From NCBI RefSeq assembly GCF_009914755.1, contig NC_060927.1: a stretch of 64,000 bases of DNA, one strand, 5' to 3'. Under the pieces are notes generated by a model. The model worked only from the letters and a program-made list of their open reading frames with translations, had not been told where the DNA came from and made no database searches. A program made the translations under genes and the position numbers. Positions 29,190 to 40,888 of the stretch are shown here, piece by piece; positions within the stretch are counted from its first letter, which is position 1, and each line of letters begins with the position of its first letter. The stretch comes from the human T2T-CHM13v2.0 reference genome, Homo sapiens.

Positions 29190-29304
29190 TTATATATATA
29201 TGTATACGTATATATATATATGTATGTATATATGTGTGTGTATATATACATATATATACACACACATATATATACACACACACATACATACATATATATA
29301 TATA
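29190..29304. repeat. Compound (TA)/(TG)/(CA) microsatellite
   Basis: Alternating purine-pyrimidine tract, directly visible. Confidence 0.95.
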
Positions 29305-29578
29305 TCTTCTAGGAGTATCAATTGCACTTTAATTGTTCACTTTACACATTTTTATTGAAGATCTATCATATTCTAGACACAAGGGTATGCAATCTAACAT
29401 AAAATTTTATATTAAACACAAATGTATCATGGAGAAGACAAAATTACCGTGAATTTTTTAGAAACAGACAAAAAGTATTCATCCTCGCAGTGGTATCATA
29501 CTAATTTCCTGGCACATCAGAGGTAGGCGTGCACTCTCCTCAGTGGTTAAGGGTGCAGAGTATAAGAAATCTTCATTT

Positions 29579-29719
29579 GGGAGGCATAGCATTAGGAGAA
29601 ATACCTAATGTAAACGACGAGTTGATGGGTGCAGCAAACCAACATGGCACATGTATACCTATGTAACGAACCTGCACATTGTGCACACGTGCCCCAGAAC
29701 TTAAAGTATAATAAAGAAA
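29579..29719 (+). mobile_element. 140-bp L1PA (PA4-PA6-like) 3' end
   Basis: gcattaggagaaatacctaatgta...agaacttaaagtataataaa; TSD aagaaat(c/t)ttcattt at 29564-29578 and 29720-29734. Confidence 0.92.
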
Positions 29720-29777
29720 AAGAAATTTTCATTTAAAATATTAACAAAAATGCTTTTGTTATAATGTCTTCCTGTAC

Positions 29778-30075
29778 CATAGGTCAAAAATTGGTAGCCT
29801 AAGGCCTAATCTGCAGATGTGTCTTATATGAACCACAGAGTAATTTGTTTCATTACAACTTGAATTGGTGGCCAATATTTAAGACTCAGGGGTTTCATTT
29901 GCTATGTTGACTTTCTGGCTTCTTGTGGAAACAAACAAACAAAAAAAAACTGAAAGAGCTATCATCCTTGAGACCACATCCTCATGTGACCACAACAGCT
30001 GGTGCTGGGCTTCTGCGTCCCCATTCGGATTAAAGACCTGGTCCCAGTAGCCCTGTCTACACCACCAACCAGACC
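29778..30075 (+). mobile_element. MER102-like hAT DNA transposon remnant
   Basis: aaattggtagcctaaggcctaatctgcagatgtgtctt...tttctggcttcttgtggaaa. Confidence 0.55.
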
Positions 30076-30899
30076 TGTGGCCTACTTCTCTTGTCCATGC
30101 TACCTGCCTGGCCCTAGGAAATATTGGAATGTGTGCCCCTGTTCCAGACTGACACTGAACCACTTGGGTCCTTTTCTAGTACTTAACACTGTCTTCTCTA
30201 ACTTCAATGTTTCAAATTTTCAAGACACTAGTCTTCACAGTCAAATCCAGAAATTGAGCCTTATCTGCCCAAGTCACAAATCAGAGAACCACAGAGCTGG
30301 AATGGACCCGCCTTTCTGATCATGGTGTAGGATTCTGAAGGCTGCCACATAATCACAGGGATCAGAAAGAGCCCCAAGTTCACCTGAGTGACACTTGAGG
30401 AAAGAGTCAGGATTAAAATATACATCTTCCCCAAATACAGAGTCCCAGGAAAATCAGGCAAAGAGAGATTAAAAGAAGGTTAGACCAGGTTATTTTAGAG
30501 CATTCACTCTTATCACAGGGCACAGACTCCATCCCACAGTTGGGAAAGGGGAAAAGAGGATCCCAAATGTCTTTAGATTCTGGCAAGAATAAGTGGGCGT
30601 AGCCTCTTCACTAAGACAAGCAGGAAAATGGATCCCAAATTTCCATAGCACTCTGTGTGTGTGGTTGTCACTGTATCCACCTCAGGGACAGTGAACATTC
30701 ACCATGAGTCATGGTTTTGTTTTCTGGGCTCAGTAGCCTGTGGTCTGGCAGGAATCGAGGTCTGTGATTTTGCAACAGCTGTTCGTGTCACCTGGAAAGG
30801 CAACTGAGCAAGCAATGGGATAATTTTTATCAGCTCATGAGCACTGGCTTTGCCTGCCAAAAGGCCATGTTTCTCAGCTAGAAAATTATATTCATATCT

Positions 30900-31420
30900 G
30901 GAACCAGTATAGAGTCTTAAATGCCTTAAATGCCAGGATCTAAATTCTTACTTTATGCTACATAGTCCTAAATTATTCTCATAGTCTCGAATTCAAATTT
31001 AAGGCATACTAACTCCTAAAGGTCATGGCTATAACATATTTTCAGATGTTACCATAACTTGGAGAGAATCTTCAGCAAATAGGGTGGAGATGAAGGCTCA
31101 TTCTATCTCTTTAACTTAAAATTACTTTCTTAAAATGACTTTCTGATGGCATCAGGGAGCAGCCGTCCTGTTCTCTATTTAGGACTTTAATACATAAACT
31201 TCTCTCAAGCAACTGTTCCAAGCTCGTTCATGTCACCTTTTAGCTCTGGTCTTTCCAGATCTCATTTTTGGCCCATCTTCTGGGCAAGTCTCCCTAGCCC
31301 ATGATCTTGCATTTGCCTTTCTCTGGGCCCCTTCCAGCTTCTCTATGGAGAGAGGCACAATGTCCTTTGGACTGCAGCCAAGGGAGAAACACTGACTCCA
31401 TGATGACCATAGGCACTGAC
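30900..31420 (-). mobile_element. CR1/L3-clade LINE 3' fossil
   Basis: Minus-strand peptides IEKLEGAQRKA and LERPELKGDM resemble the CR1 ORF2 C-terminal motifs DIDKLERVQRRA and LEKRRLRGDM, in the right order. Confidence 0.55.
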
Positions 31421-32036
31421 TGTTCCCTGAAAACAGCACATAGCAGTGACAGAAGGATGCCAGGGGGACTGCTCATTCCCTTCCTGCTGTGGGAACCTCT
31501 ATTAACGTGTGTGGGATAATAAAACCAGCTACTTTTATCAGCAGATGTCACATAAAAACTGACCAACATACTTAACTAGCAGGTCAAAGATCTGAGCCAT
31601 AGTCAAGTTCTGAAAAATGATTAAGTGAAAATCTAACAAATCTGTCAGTAACACTAATTGGAAACTCATCAAGATTTTCTAATCTAAATGCCCTCAAAAT
31701 AACATTATTATTTTGAAAGCAGTCTGATGGTGACAGGGAGGTTTCAAGGCAAAAAGTATTTACATGTGTGGAATATGAGAGGAGAGTGGAGTGAAATATT
31801 TTATTTAGGTCATTATCTAATAAGATTATCTGTCTGCTGTTTCCAGATTCAAAGATAGTGTCAACAGAAAATTATAGATACAATATATTGCAGTCCATGT
31901 GTGTGGTTGTCATTTTTTGATATGCAATCATCTACTTTTAATACTGCTTCTTGGTCTCATCCACTCTGGGCCTGTTATTGCAAAGTACTGACTCCAACAC
32001 TAATAATTCTTTTTCTTTTTCTAATTACTGTCACTA

Positions 32037-35000
32037 TTTTTTTTTTTTACTTTTATTTTAGGTGCAGGGGCACATGTGCAGGTTTGTTGTATAGGTAAAT
32101 TGTGTGTTGCAGGGATTTGGTGTACAGACTATTTCATCACCCATGTATTCAGCATAGTACCCGAGGGGTTTTCCAATCCTCGCCCTCCTCCCACCTTCCA
32201 CCATCAAGTAGGCCCAGATGTCTGATGTTCCCTTTTTTGTGTCCATATGTACTCAGTGTTTAGCTCCCACTTATAAAAAAGAACATGCAATATTTGGTTT
32301 TCTGTTCCCATGTTAGTTTACTTAGCATGATGGCCTCTAGCTCCATCCATGTTGCTGTGTAAGACATGCTCTCATTCTTTTCACAGTTGCATAGTATTCC
32401 ATGGCATGTAAGTACCACATTTTCTTTATCCAGTTTACCACTGATGGGCATTTGAGTTGATTCCATGTCTTTGCTATTGTAAATAGTGCTGCAATGAACA
32501 TACACATGCATATGTCTTTATGGCAGGAAAATTTATATTCCTTTGGATATAAACCCAATAATGGGATTGATGAGTCAAATGATAGTTCTGTTTTTAGTGC
32601 TTTGAGAAATCACCTGAGTGCTTTCCACAATAGCTGTACTAATTTACGTTCCCACCAGCAGTGCATATGCACTCCCTTTTCTCCACAACCTCATCAATAT
32701 ATGTTCTTTTTTGACTTTTTATAGTAGTCATTCTGACTGGCATGAGATGGTATGCTATGGTGGTTTTGATGTGCATTTCTCTAATGATTAGTGATGCTGA
32801 GCATTTATTCATATGCTGTTGGCCACATATAAGTCTTCTTCTGAAAAGTGTTCATGCCCTTTGCCCACTTTTAATGGAGTTGTTTGTTTTCTGCTTGTAA
32901 ATTTGTTTAAGTTCTTTATAGATTCTGGATATTAAACCTTTGTTGGATGCATAGTTTGCAAATATTTTCACCCATTCTATAGCTTGTTTTCTGTTTCTGT
33001 TGATACGGAAATATTCTGTTGATGCTTTCTTTCACTGTGCAGAAGCTCTTTGTCAATTTTTGTTTTTATTGCAATTGCTCTTGGCATCCTCATCATGCAA
33101 TCTTTGCCAGGTCCTGTGTCCAAAATGGTATTTCCTAGGTTACCCTCCAGGATTTTTATAGTTTTACATTTTACATTTAAGTCTTCAATCCATTTGAATT
33201 ACTTTTTGTATATGGTGGCGGGGTGAGGTTTCAGAAAGGGTCCAGTTTCAAACTTCTGCATATGGCTAGCTAGTTATCCCAGCACCATTTATTGACTCGG
33301 GAGTCCCCATTGCTTTTGTTTTCAATTTTGTTGAAGATCAGATGGTTGTAGGTCTGACATTATTCCTGGGCTCTCTATTCTGTTCCACTGGTCTATGTGT
33401 CTGTTTTTGTACCAGTACAATGCTGTTTTGATTACTATAGACTTGTAATATAGTATGAAGTCGGGTAACGTGATACCTCCCGCTTTCTTCTTTTTGCTTA
33501 GGATTACCCTGGCTATTCAGGCTCTTTTTGGGTTCAATATGAATTTTTAATTTTTTTCTAATTCTGTGAAGAATGTCACTGGTAGTTTGATAGGAATAGC
33601 ATTGAATCTGTAAATTGCTTGCGCAGTATGGCCATTTTGATGATATTGATTCTTCCTATCCATGGAATATTTTTCCGTTTGTTTGTGCCATCTCTGATTT
33701 CTTTGACCTGTGTTTTATAATTCTCATTGTAGAGATCTTTCTCCTCCCTGCTTAGCTGTATTCCTATGTATTTTATTCTTTTTGTGGCTATTGTGAATAG
33801 GATCGCATTTTTGATTTGGCTCTCAGCTTGGATGTTGTTGGTGTAGGAATGCTACTGACTTTTGTACATTGATTTTGTATACTGAAACTTTGCTGAAGTT
33901 GTTTATCAGATGAAAGATCTTTTGGGAAAAGACTGGGGTTTTCCAAGTATGGAATCACATTATTTGCAAACAGAAATTGTTTGTCTTCCTCTCCTTCTAT
34001 TTGGATGTCTTTTATTTCTTTCTCTTGCCTGATTGCTCTGGCTAAGACTTCCAGTACTATGTTGAATAGTAGTAGTGAGAGAAGGCATCCTTATCTTATT
34101 CCAGTTTTCAAGGAGAATGCTCCCACCTTTTGCCCATTCAGTATAATGTTGGCTGTAGGTTTGCCATAGATGGCTCCTATTATTTTCAAGCATGTTCCAT
34201 CAATGTCTAGTTTGTTCAGGGTTTTTAACATGAAGGGATGCTGAATTTTATCAAAAGCCTTTTTTGCATCTATTGAGATGGTCATGTGATTTTGTTTTTA
34301 GTTCTGTTTATGTAATGAATCACATTTATTCATTCGCATATGTTGAACCAACCTTGCATCCCAGGGATAAAGCCTACATGACTGTGGTGGGATAGCTTTT
34401 TGATATTCTGCTGAATTCTGTTTACTATTATTTTGTTGAGTATTTTTGCATCTATGTTCATCAGGGATATTGGCCTGAAATTTTTGTTGTTATTGTTGTG
34501 TCTCTGTCAGGTTTAGGTATCAGGATGATGCTGGCCTCATAGAATGAGTTGAGGAGGTTTCCTATCTGCACAATTTTTTGGAATAGTTTCAGTAGGAATG
34601 GTACCAGCTCTTCTTTACACATCTGGTAGCATTTAGCTGTGAATCCATCTGGTCCTAGGCATTTTCTCATTAGTACACTTTTTATTCAATTTCAGAACTC
34701 ATTATTAATCTGTTCAGGGATTTAATTTCTTTCTGGTTCAGTCTGGAGAGGTTGTATGTTGCCTGGAATTTATCAATTTCTTCTAGGTTTTCTAATTTGT
34801 GTGCACAGAGGTGTTCAAAGTAGTCTCTGAGAGTTTTCCATATATCTGTGGGGTGAGTGGTAACATCACCTTTGTCATTTATGACTATGTTCATTTAGTT
34901 TTTCTCTCTTTTTTTCTTTATTAGTCTAGCTAGAGGTCTACCTGAGTTATTATTTAAAAGCCAACTTCTAGATTCATTGATCTTTTGTATTTTTTTTGTG

Positions 35001-38000
35001 TCTCAATTTCCTTCAATTCAGCTCTGATTTTGGTTATTTCTTATCTTCTGCTAGCTTTGGGTCTGGCTTCCTCTCATTTCTCTAGTTCCTCTAGTTGTGA
35101 TATTAGGTTGTTAATTTGAGATCTTTCTAACTTTTCAACGTGTGCTATAAACTTCCCTCTTAACACTGTTTTGTCTGTGTCCCTAAGATTCTGTTATCTT
35201 GTAATTTTGTTCTCATTAGTTTCAAATAATTTGATTTCTGCTTTAATTTCATTATTTAATTTCATTATTTACCAAGAAGTCATTCAGGAATACATTGTTC
35301 AACTTTCATGTAATTGTATGGTTTTGAGCAATTTAGCATTTGTTTTTATTGTGCTGTGGTCTGAGAGTCTGGTTAATATGATTTGGGTTTTTTTTAAATT
35401 TGCTGAGGATTGTTTTATGCCGGATTGTGTGGTTGATTTTAGAGTATGTGCCATGTGCAGATGAGAAGAATTCTGTTGTTTTGGGGTGGGGAATTCTGTA
35501 GATGTCTATTAGTTCTATTTGGTCAAGTGTCAAGTCAAGTCCTAATTATCTTTGTTGTTATCTGTCTGATTCTGTCAGTGGAGTTTTAAAGTTCCTCACT
35601 GTTATTGTGTAGTTAATCGAAGTCTCTTCATAGGTCACTAAGAACTTGCTCTATAAATCTGAGTGCTCCTATGTTGGGTGTGTATATATTTAGGATAGGT
35701 CTTCTTATTGAATTGAGCCCTTTACCATTATGTAATTCCCTTTCTTTTTTTTTTTTTGTCTTTTTTGTTCTTTGTTGGTTTAAAGTCTGCTTTGTCTGCA
35801 ATTAGAATAGTAACCCCTGCTTTTTACTGTTTTCCATTTGCTTGGTAGATTTTTCTCCATCCTTTACTTTGAGTCTATTGATTTGATTGCATGTGAGATG
35901 GGTATCTTGAAGAGAGCATATCGTTGGGTTTTGCTTCTTTATCCAACTTGTCCCTCTGTGTCTTAATAGGGGCATTTAGCCTGTTGACATTCAAGGTTAG
36001 TATTGATATGTGCAGATTTGATCCTGTCATTGTTTTGTTAGCTGGTTATTAGGCAGATTTGTTGGTGTGCTTGCTTTATAGTGTCACTGGTCTATCTATT
36101 TAAGTGTGTTTTTGTAATGGCCAGTAATGGTCTTTCCCTTCCATATTTAGCACCTCCTCTGTACCACTTGTAAGGCAGGTCTGATGTCAAAGAATTCCCT
36201 TAGCATTTGCTTGTCTGAAAAATATCTTATTTCGCCTTAGCTTATGAAGCTTAGTTTGGCTAAATATGAAATTCTTGGTTGGAAATTCTTTTTTTAAGAA
36301 TGCTGAATATAGGCCTCCAATATTTTCTAGTTTGTAAGGTTTCTGCAGAAAGATCTGATGTTAGTCTGATTGGGTTCCCTTTGTAGGTGACCCGCCCCTT
36401 CTCTGTAGCCACCTTCAACATTTTTTCTTGCATTTTGACCTTGGAGAATCTGATAATTGTATCTTGGGGATGGTCTTCTTGTGTAGTATTTCACAAGTGT
36501 TCACTGAATTTCCTGAATTTGAATGTTGGCCTCTCTTGCAAAGTTGAGGAAATGTTCATGAGTGATATCCTGAAATACGTTTTCCAGTTTGCTTGCTTTT
36601 TCTTCCTCCCTTTCAGGGACGCCAATTAGTCGTATCTCAGGTCTCCTTACATAATCCCATATTTCTCAGAGGTTTTGTTCTCTCTTCTTTATTGTTTGTT
36701 CTTTATTTTTGTCTGACTGAGTTATTTCAGAGAGCTAGTCTTCAAGCTCTGAGATTCTTTCTTTAGCTTGTTTGAGTCTGCTGTTAATATTTGCAGCTGC
36801 ATTCTAAAATCCTTAAAGTGAGTTTTTCAGCTCTATCGGATTAGTTTTGGTCTTTCTTTAAATGACCATTTCATCTTTCATCTCCTGTATCATTTCACTG
36901 TATTCCTTAGAATTCTTGGATTGGGTTTTGACTTTCTTCTGAATTTTGATGATCTTCATTTCTATCCATATTCTGAATTATATTTCTGTCACGTCAGCCA
37001 TTTCAGCCTGGTTAAGAACCATTGCTAGGGAACTAGTGCAGTTGTTTAGAGGTAAGAAGACACTCTAGCTTTTTGAGTTGCCAAAGTTCTTGTGCTATTT
37101 TTTTCTCATCTTTGTGGGCTGATGTTCCTTCAATCTTTGAAGTTGCTGTCCTTTGGATTTTTTTTTTAATCCTCTTTGACATCCTTGGGAGTTTAATTAT
37201 GGTATAAGGTAAGTTCAGTTAACTGGCTTCATTTCTGGAAGATTTTAGGGAGCAAAGCCTCAGCTCGGAACTCCTGAGATGCATACTCTAACTTTTAGGG
37301 GCTGGTATCAGGCCCCTGGCTTTGTTCTGTGACCCCCTCAAGGTTAGGATCCTGCTGCCCTGGAGAGGCCAAGGTGTTCCCAGACTGCTGGTCACAACAC
37401 TCCAATAGGTGGTGCCATCCAAAGCACTTTTTTGGGCACTGGCAGCAAGATCCATCCTCATTCTAATGTGCCATCAGCAGTGACAGCACACTGGTGTACA
37501 TGCTCATAGACTGAGGCAGGGCACTGATTGCCACAGAGGTGCTGGCCTCTGTGTGGGCATTCACAGTGGTGGTAGTGGTGGTGGCATGGCAAGGGGTACA
37601 GGAGCTACCAGCATCTATGTGGCCAGCAGCAGTGTCAGTGTGGAGGTGGGGCTTTGGCAGGCACAGGGCTGATGTTCTCTGTGCATGCAATTGCACCAGC
37701 AGCAATGGCAGCTCAGGACAGGAAATAGGGCTGCTGGTCTCCTTTTGTGCATTCCCCATTGACAATGGTGTCACGGTAGGAGGGTAGGGTCCATTCATGG
37801 CAGCAGCAGTGGCATGCTGGAGTGCACATGCACACATGCGCCAGCGGGGAAGAGGAGGCAAAGTATGCATTCCCCCCAATCAAGTAATGTGGGGGTTAGC
37901 TGTGGGCGAGTGCATGCCAGCAAAATGCATGGGGGAGGCTGTGGTATGGGGGAGATGGGTGGGCTAGCACAGGTCAGCAGGGCCTGTTCTGCTGGAGATC

Positions 38001-38681
38001 TCCAATGGTCAGGCATGGTCTGCCAGTGCAGGAGCTATGATGCAGTTCCCTCAGAGGCACCCTGGCTGGGCATCCAAGGCTGCAGTACAAGCAGGTGCAC
38101 CCAGGCTGGGGCCCCGGAAGAGGCCAGCAGACAGGGGTGCACTTAGGTCAGATTGGCCCCATTCCATGGGCATGATCATCCTGCTATATTCTGATCCAAC
38201 AGTTCATGTAAGGCTAAAGTATCCTAGGGAAGCAAGGCAACCCTTGAGGGATAGGTGCTTCTGGCCATGATCTGCTGTAGACATTGCTTCACAAAACCCT
38301 CTGAGCTCCATACCGGCTGGAATTCTGCTCCTACTACCTCTCTAAGCAGCTCTCCCTGCCAACTCAAGTGTCCATGAGGGATGTGGGGTCTCCTGCTGCC
38401 AGATTTCCAGAGGTCCATGGTGAGAGCAGGTTGCTCCTTGCCTGCTCAACTCACCCTTTCCCCAGGAGTTATTGGGGGCCAGGAATGAGTCCCCATGTGT
38501 GGGAGCCCAGTCTAGTGTTCCCAGCCTCCTTGCCCTTCAGCCCAGCATCTGTGTTCTCCCTCCATTTATTTTCAATGCCTTCTCTGAAGATCTGTTTGGA
38601 ATGCACCAGTCCTCTGGATTTCCTGGTCCCTTGGTGGCAGATGTTCTTTCCCACTGTGTCTAGTCAGCCATCTTGCCTCCC
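32037..38681 (-). mobile_element. Full-length decayed L1 (L1PA15/16-like)
   Basis: 5' end GGGAGGCAAGATGGCTGACTAGACACAG at about 38680; GC-rich 5'UTR; ORF2 fragments ([16 protein letters not shown]; GPDGFTA); old-type 3'UTR and poly-T at 32037. Confidence 0.93.
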
Positions 38682-38779
38682 TCACATTTCCATGGTCAGA
38701 AGCTTAACCAGATCTTCTGATCAATGTCCCAAAGGCTGTAATCAACATCTGAGGTACGAAGGTCTTCTTCCAAGCTCAC

Positions 38780-39022
38780 CTGGGCTGGGCTGTCTGCTCC
38801 CCATTTCAATGCTAGGTGCCACAGGCTCAGGGCCTCTTGGGCTCTGGGAGGAGACGCAGTGGAAGACAAGGCCATTATGAGGTCACACCAGAGTCGCCTA
38901 GCACTGTTGCCACCTCATGGTCTCCAGCATCCAAGGAGAGTGTGGGCAGCTGGAGCCAGGTCCTCCTCCTCCTCCTTCTCCTCTTCTTCCTCCTTCGTTT
39001 CTTCCTTTCCTCCTCCACCTGC
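38780..39022 (-). other. Candidate spliced exon of an unidentified minus-strand transcript
   Basis: Acceptor ctcctttgctttctgctgctctgcaatag|G at 39022, donor CAG|gtgagc at 38780, GA-rich exon body; ATG in strong context at 38875 is open for 32 codons to the donor. No transcript evidence. Confidence 0.45.
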
Positions 39023-39296
39023 CTATTGCAGAGCAGCAGAAAGCAAAGGAGCTAGAAAAGGGTGAAATCAATTCTTTTTCTGTAACCTTTTTGCTTTGCT
39101 TTTATTAAGTTCTTAAGGCTTTTGGTCTTGAGTCCTAGATAAGATGCAAATAATTCTGAAGGGATCATAACTTTTAATATTATCAGTGGATATTTAAGAA
39201 AAAAATAAAACCATAAGATAGACTGATAGATAGTAGAGAATAAAAAGAAGATTCAGGAGAGGCCATGGGGAGGCAAAGGAAGAGAAAGGAGTGGAG

Positions 39297-39395
39297 AGTG
39301 TGCATGAGTGTGTGTGAGTGTGTGTGTGTATGAGTGCATGTGAGAGAGAGAGGGTGGGGGAGGGAGGGAGAGAGAGAGTGAGAGAGGGAGAAAGA
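39297..39395. repeat. (TG)n/(GA)n low-complexity tract
   Basis: gagtgtgtgtgagtgtgtgtg...gagagagagagggtgggggagggagggagagagagag. Confidence 0.85.
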
Positions 39396-40062
39396 GTGGA
39401 AATTCTAGAAAGAAATTGCCTCTTCTTCTGTTCAACTACTTCACTGTTTTGTCAAAAGTTAGCACTGCCTCTAAGGTCTCCTGCAACTCACCCACCCACC
39501 CCTCTTACTCCATGGTATTCAACTTCTAAACTAAGAGGAAAGCCCGAGCTAGAGGTCCTATGCATCAATCAGGGAAGAGATATTGAGAAGAATAAACAGA
39601 GAAACTGTAAGTGCCTGAACACTACATAAGGACAATGAATAATTGCTTGGTTCTAAGACGGGCCTGGCCTGAACAGATCAGGCCACAGTTAGCCTGTTCC
39701 CAGGACACTTGGCGGTCATTAGTCCCAGAAAAGGAATCATTGCATTTGATCCTATGAGAAGCCAAGCATGCTTTCCTGATGAAACAGCATGCCAGCAGAT
39801 TAGGATATTGCTCTGAGGCAAAAGGGAACATATGGAAACTATCCTGAGAAGGATATAAAGTAATAATTACCCGACAGATTGACCCAGACAACGTAATCAT
39901 TGTGGGGCCAATGTAGAAAAAGAGCATTTTATTAATATAATTTTTCTTTTTCTTTAACACAGCTAGTCATTCTTTTCAAATTATGCTGCATGGGTCCAAC
40001 AAAAAGCAGCAGAAGAAATATTTGCTTTTGATTAAATGCATTGTTGGTTTCCTTAGAAAACG

Positions 40063-40316
40063 AAATTATCTGCAAAACATAATACATTTTAGTTGATTTA
40101 CAGAAATTACCTCAAAAATGAAGCTCAAGAGAATTTCACACCAGGAATCTCAACTTTTTAAAGAAGAAAGAATAGACAAGAGTTGAAAAATCTTCTCCAT
40201 AGTATCGTATGTCTGGAAAAACTTAGCACTTTTAAGAAAAAATGGCATGAATAAAACAATGGTATTAGTACTCCTTTTTTGGAAAAACATATTCACATGT
40301 ATGATTTGGAGAGAAC
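40063..40316 (+). repeat. Left arm of a long inverted repeat
   Basis: Reverse complement of 40633-40888; about 30 differences in ~255 bp by hand count. Confidence 0.95.
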
Positions 40317-40472
40317 ATTTGCTTTTGTCAAATGTGTCAGAGCCCTTCATTGGGTGCACTGATACTACTCATCTCAGCCTTCATGGCAGAATGATTTCTA
40401 GTAGAATCATGCCTATGCCAACCAACATTAAGGAGTTATGTGAGTTCCCTTAACATTAGCATATTTCTCTCC
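40316..40472 (+). repeat. Direct copy of 42845-42995
   Basis: Both copies share tcatggcagaatgatttctagtagaatcatgc(c/a)tatgccaaccaacatt; ORFs 40247 and 42722 share HGRMISSRIM.MPTNI. Confidence 0.93.
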
Positions 40473-40632
40473 CTTAGGAAAGGGTATAGATGAGAGTGAA
40501 TGCTAAAAAGAAGGAACCATGACACATAAACCAGACCATATGCTTGGCTCTCACTTAGAATGAATCAGAATAGTTGGAGCAATAGCACAGGCATTTGCTA
40601 AGTACCCATGCCCACTGGTCTACCAAAAACTG

Positions 40633-40888
40633 GTTCTCTCCAAATCACAAATGTGTATATGTTTTTCAAAAAAAAAAAGAAGACTAATACCATTGTTTTA
40701 TTCATGCCATTTTTCTTAAAAATGTTAAGTTTCACCAGACATACAATATTGTGAAGAATATTTTTCAACTCGTGTCTATCCTTTCTTCTTTAAAAAGTTG
40801 AGATTCCTGGTATAAAATTCTTCTGAACTTTATTTTTGAGGTAATTTCTGTAAATAAACTAAAATGTATTATGTTTTGCAGGTATTTT
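40633..40888 (-). repeat. Right arm of a long inverted repeat
   Basis: For example ctaataccattgttttattcatgccatttttcttaaaa pairs with ttttaagaaaaaatggcatgaataaaacaatggtattag in the left arm. Confidence 0.95.

Noticed and set aside
40063-40888. Inverted repeat as the TIRs of a MULE/foldback or MITE element that captured host DNA
   Set aside because: No TSD flanks the outer ends of the two arms, and the short duplication I do see brackets the left arm plus filler instead. Not fully excluded without a Dfam search.
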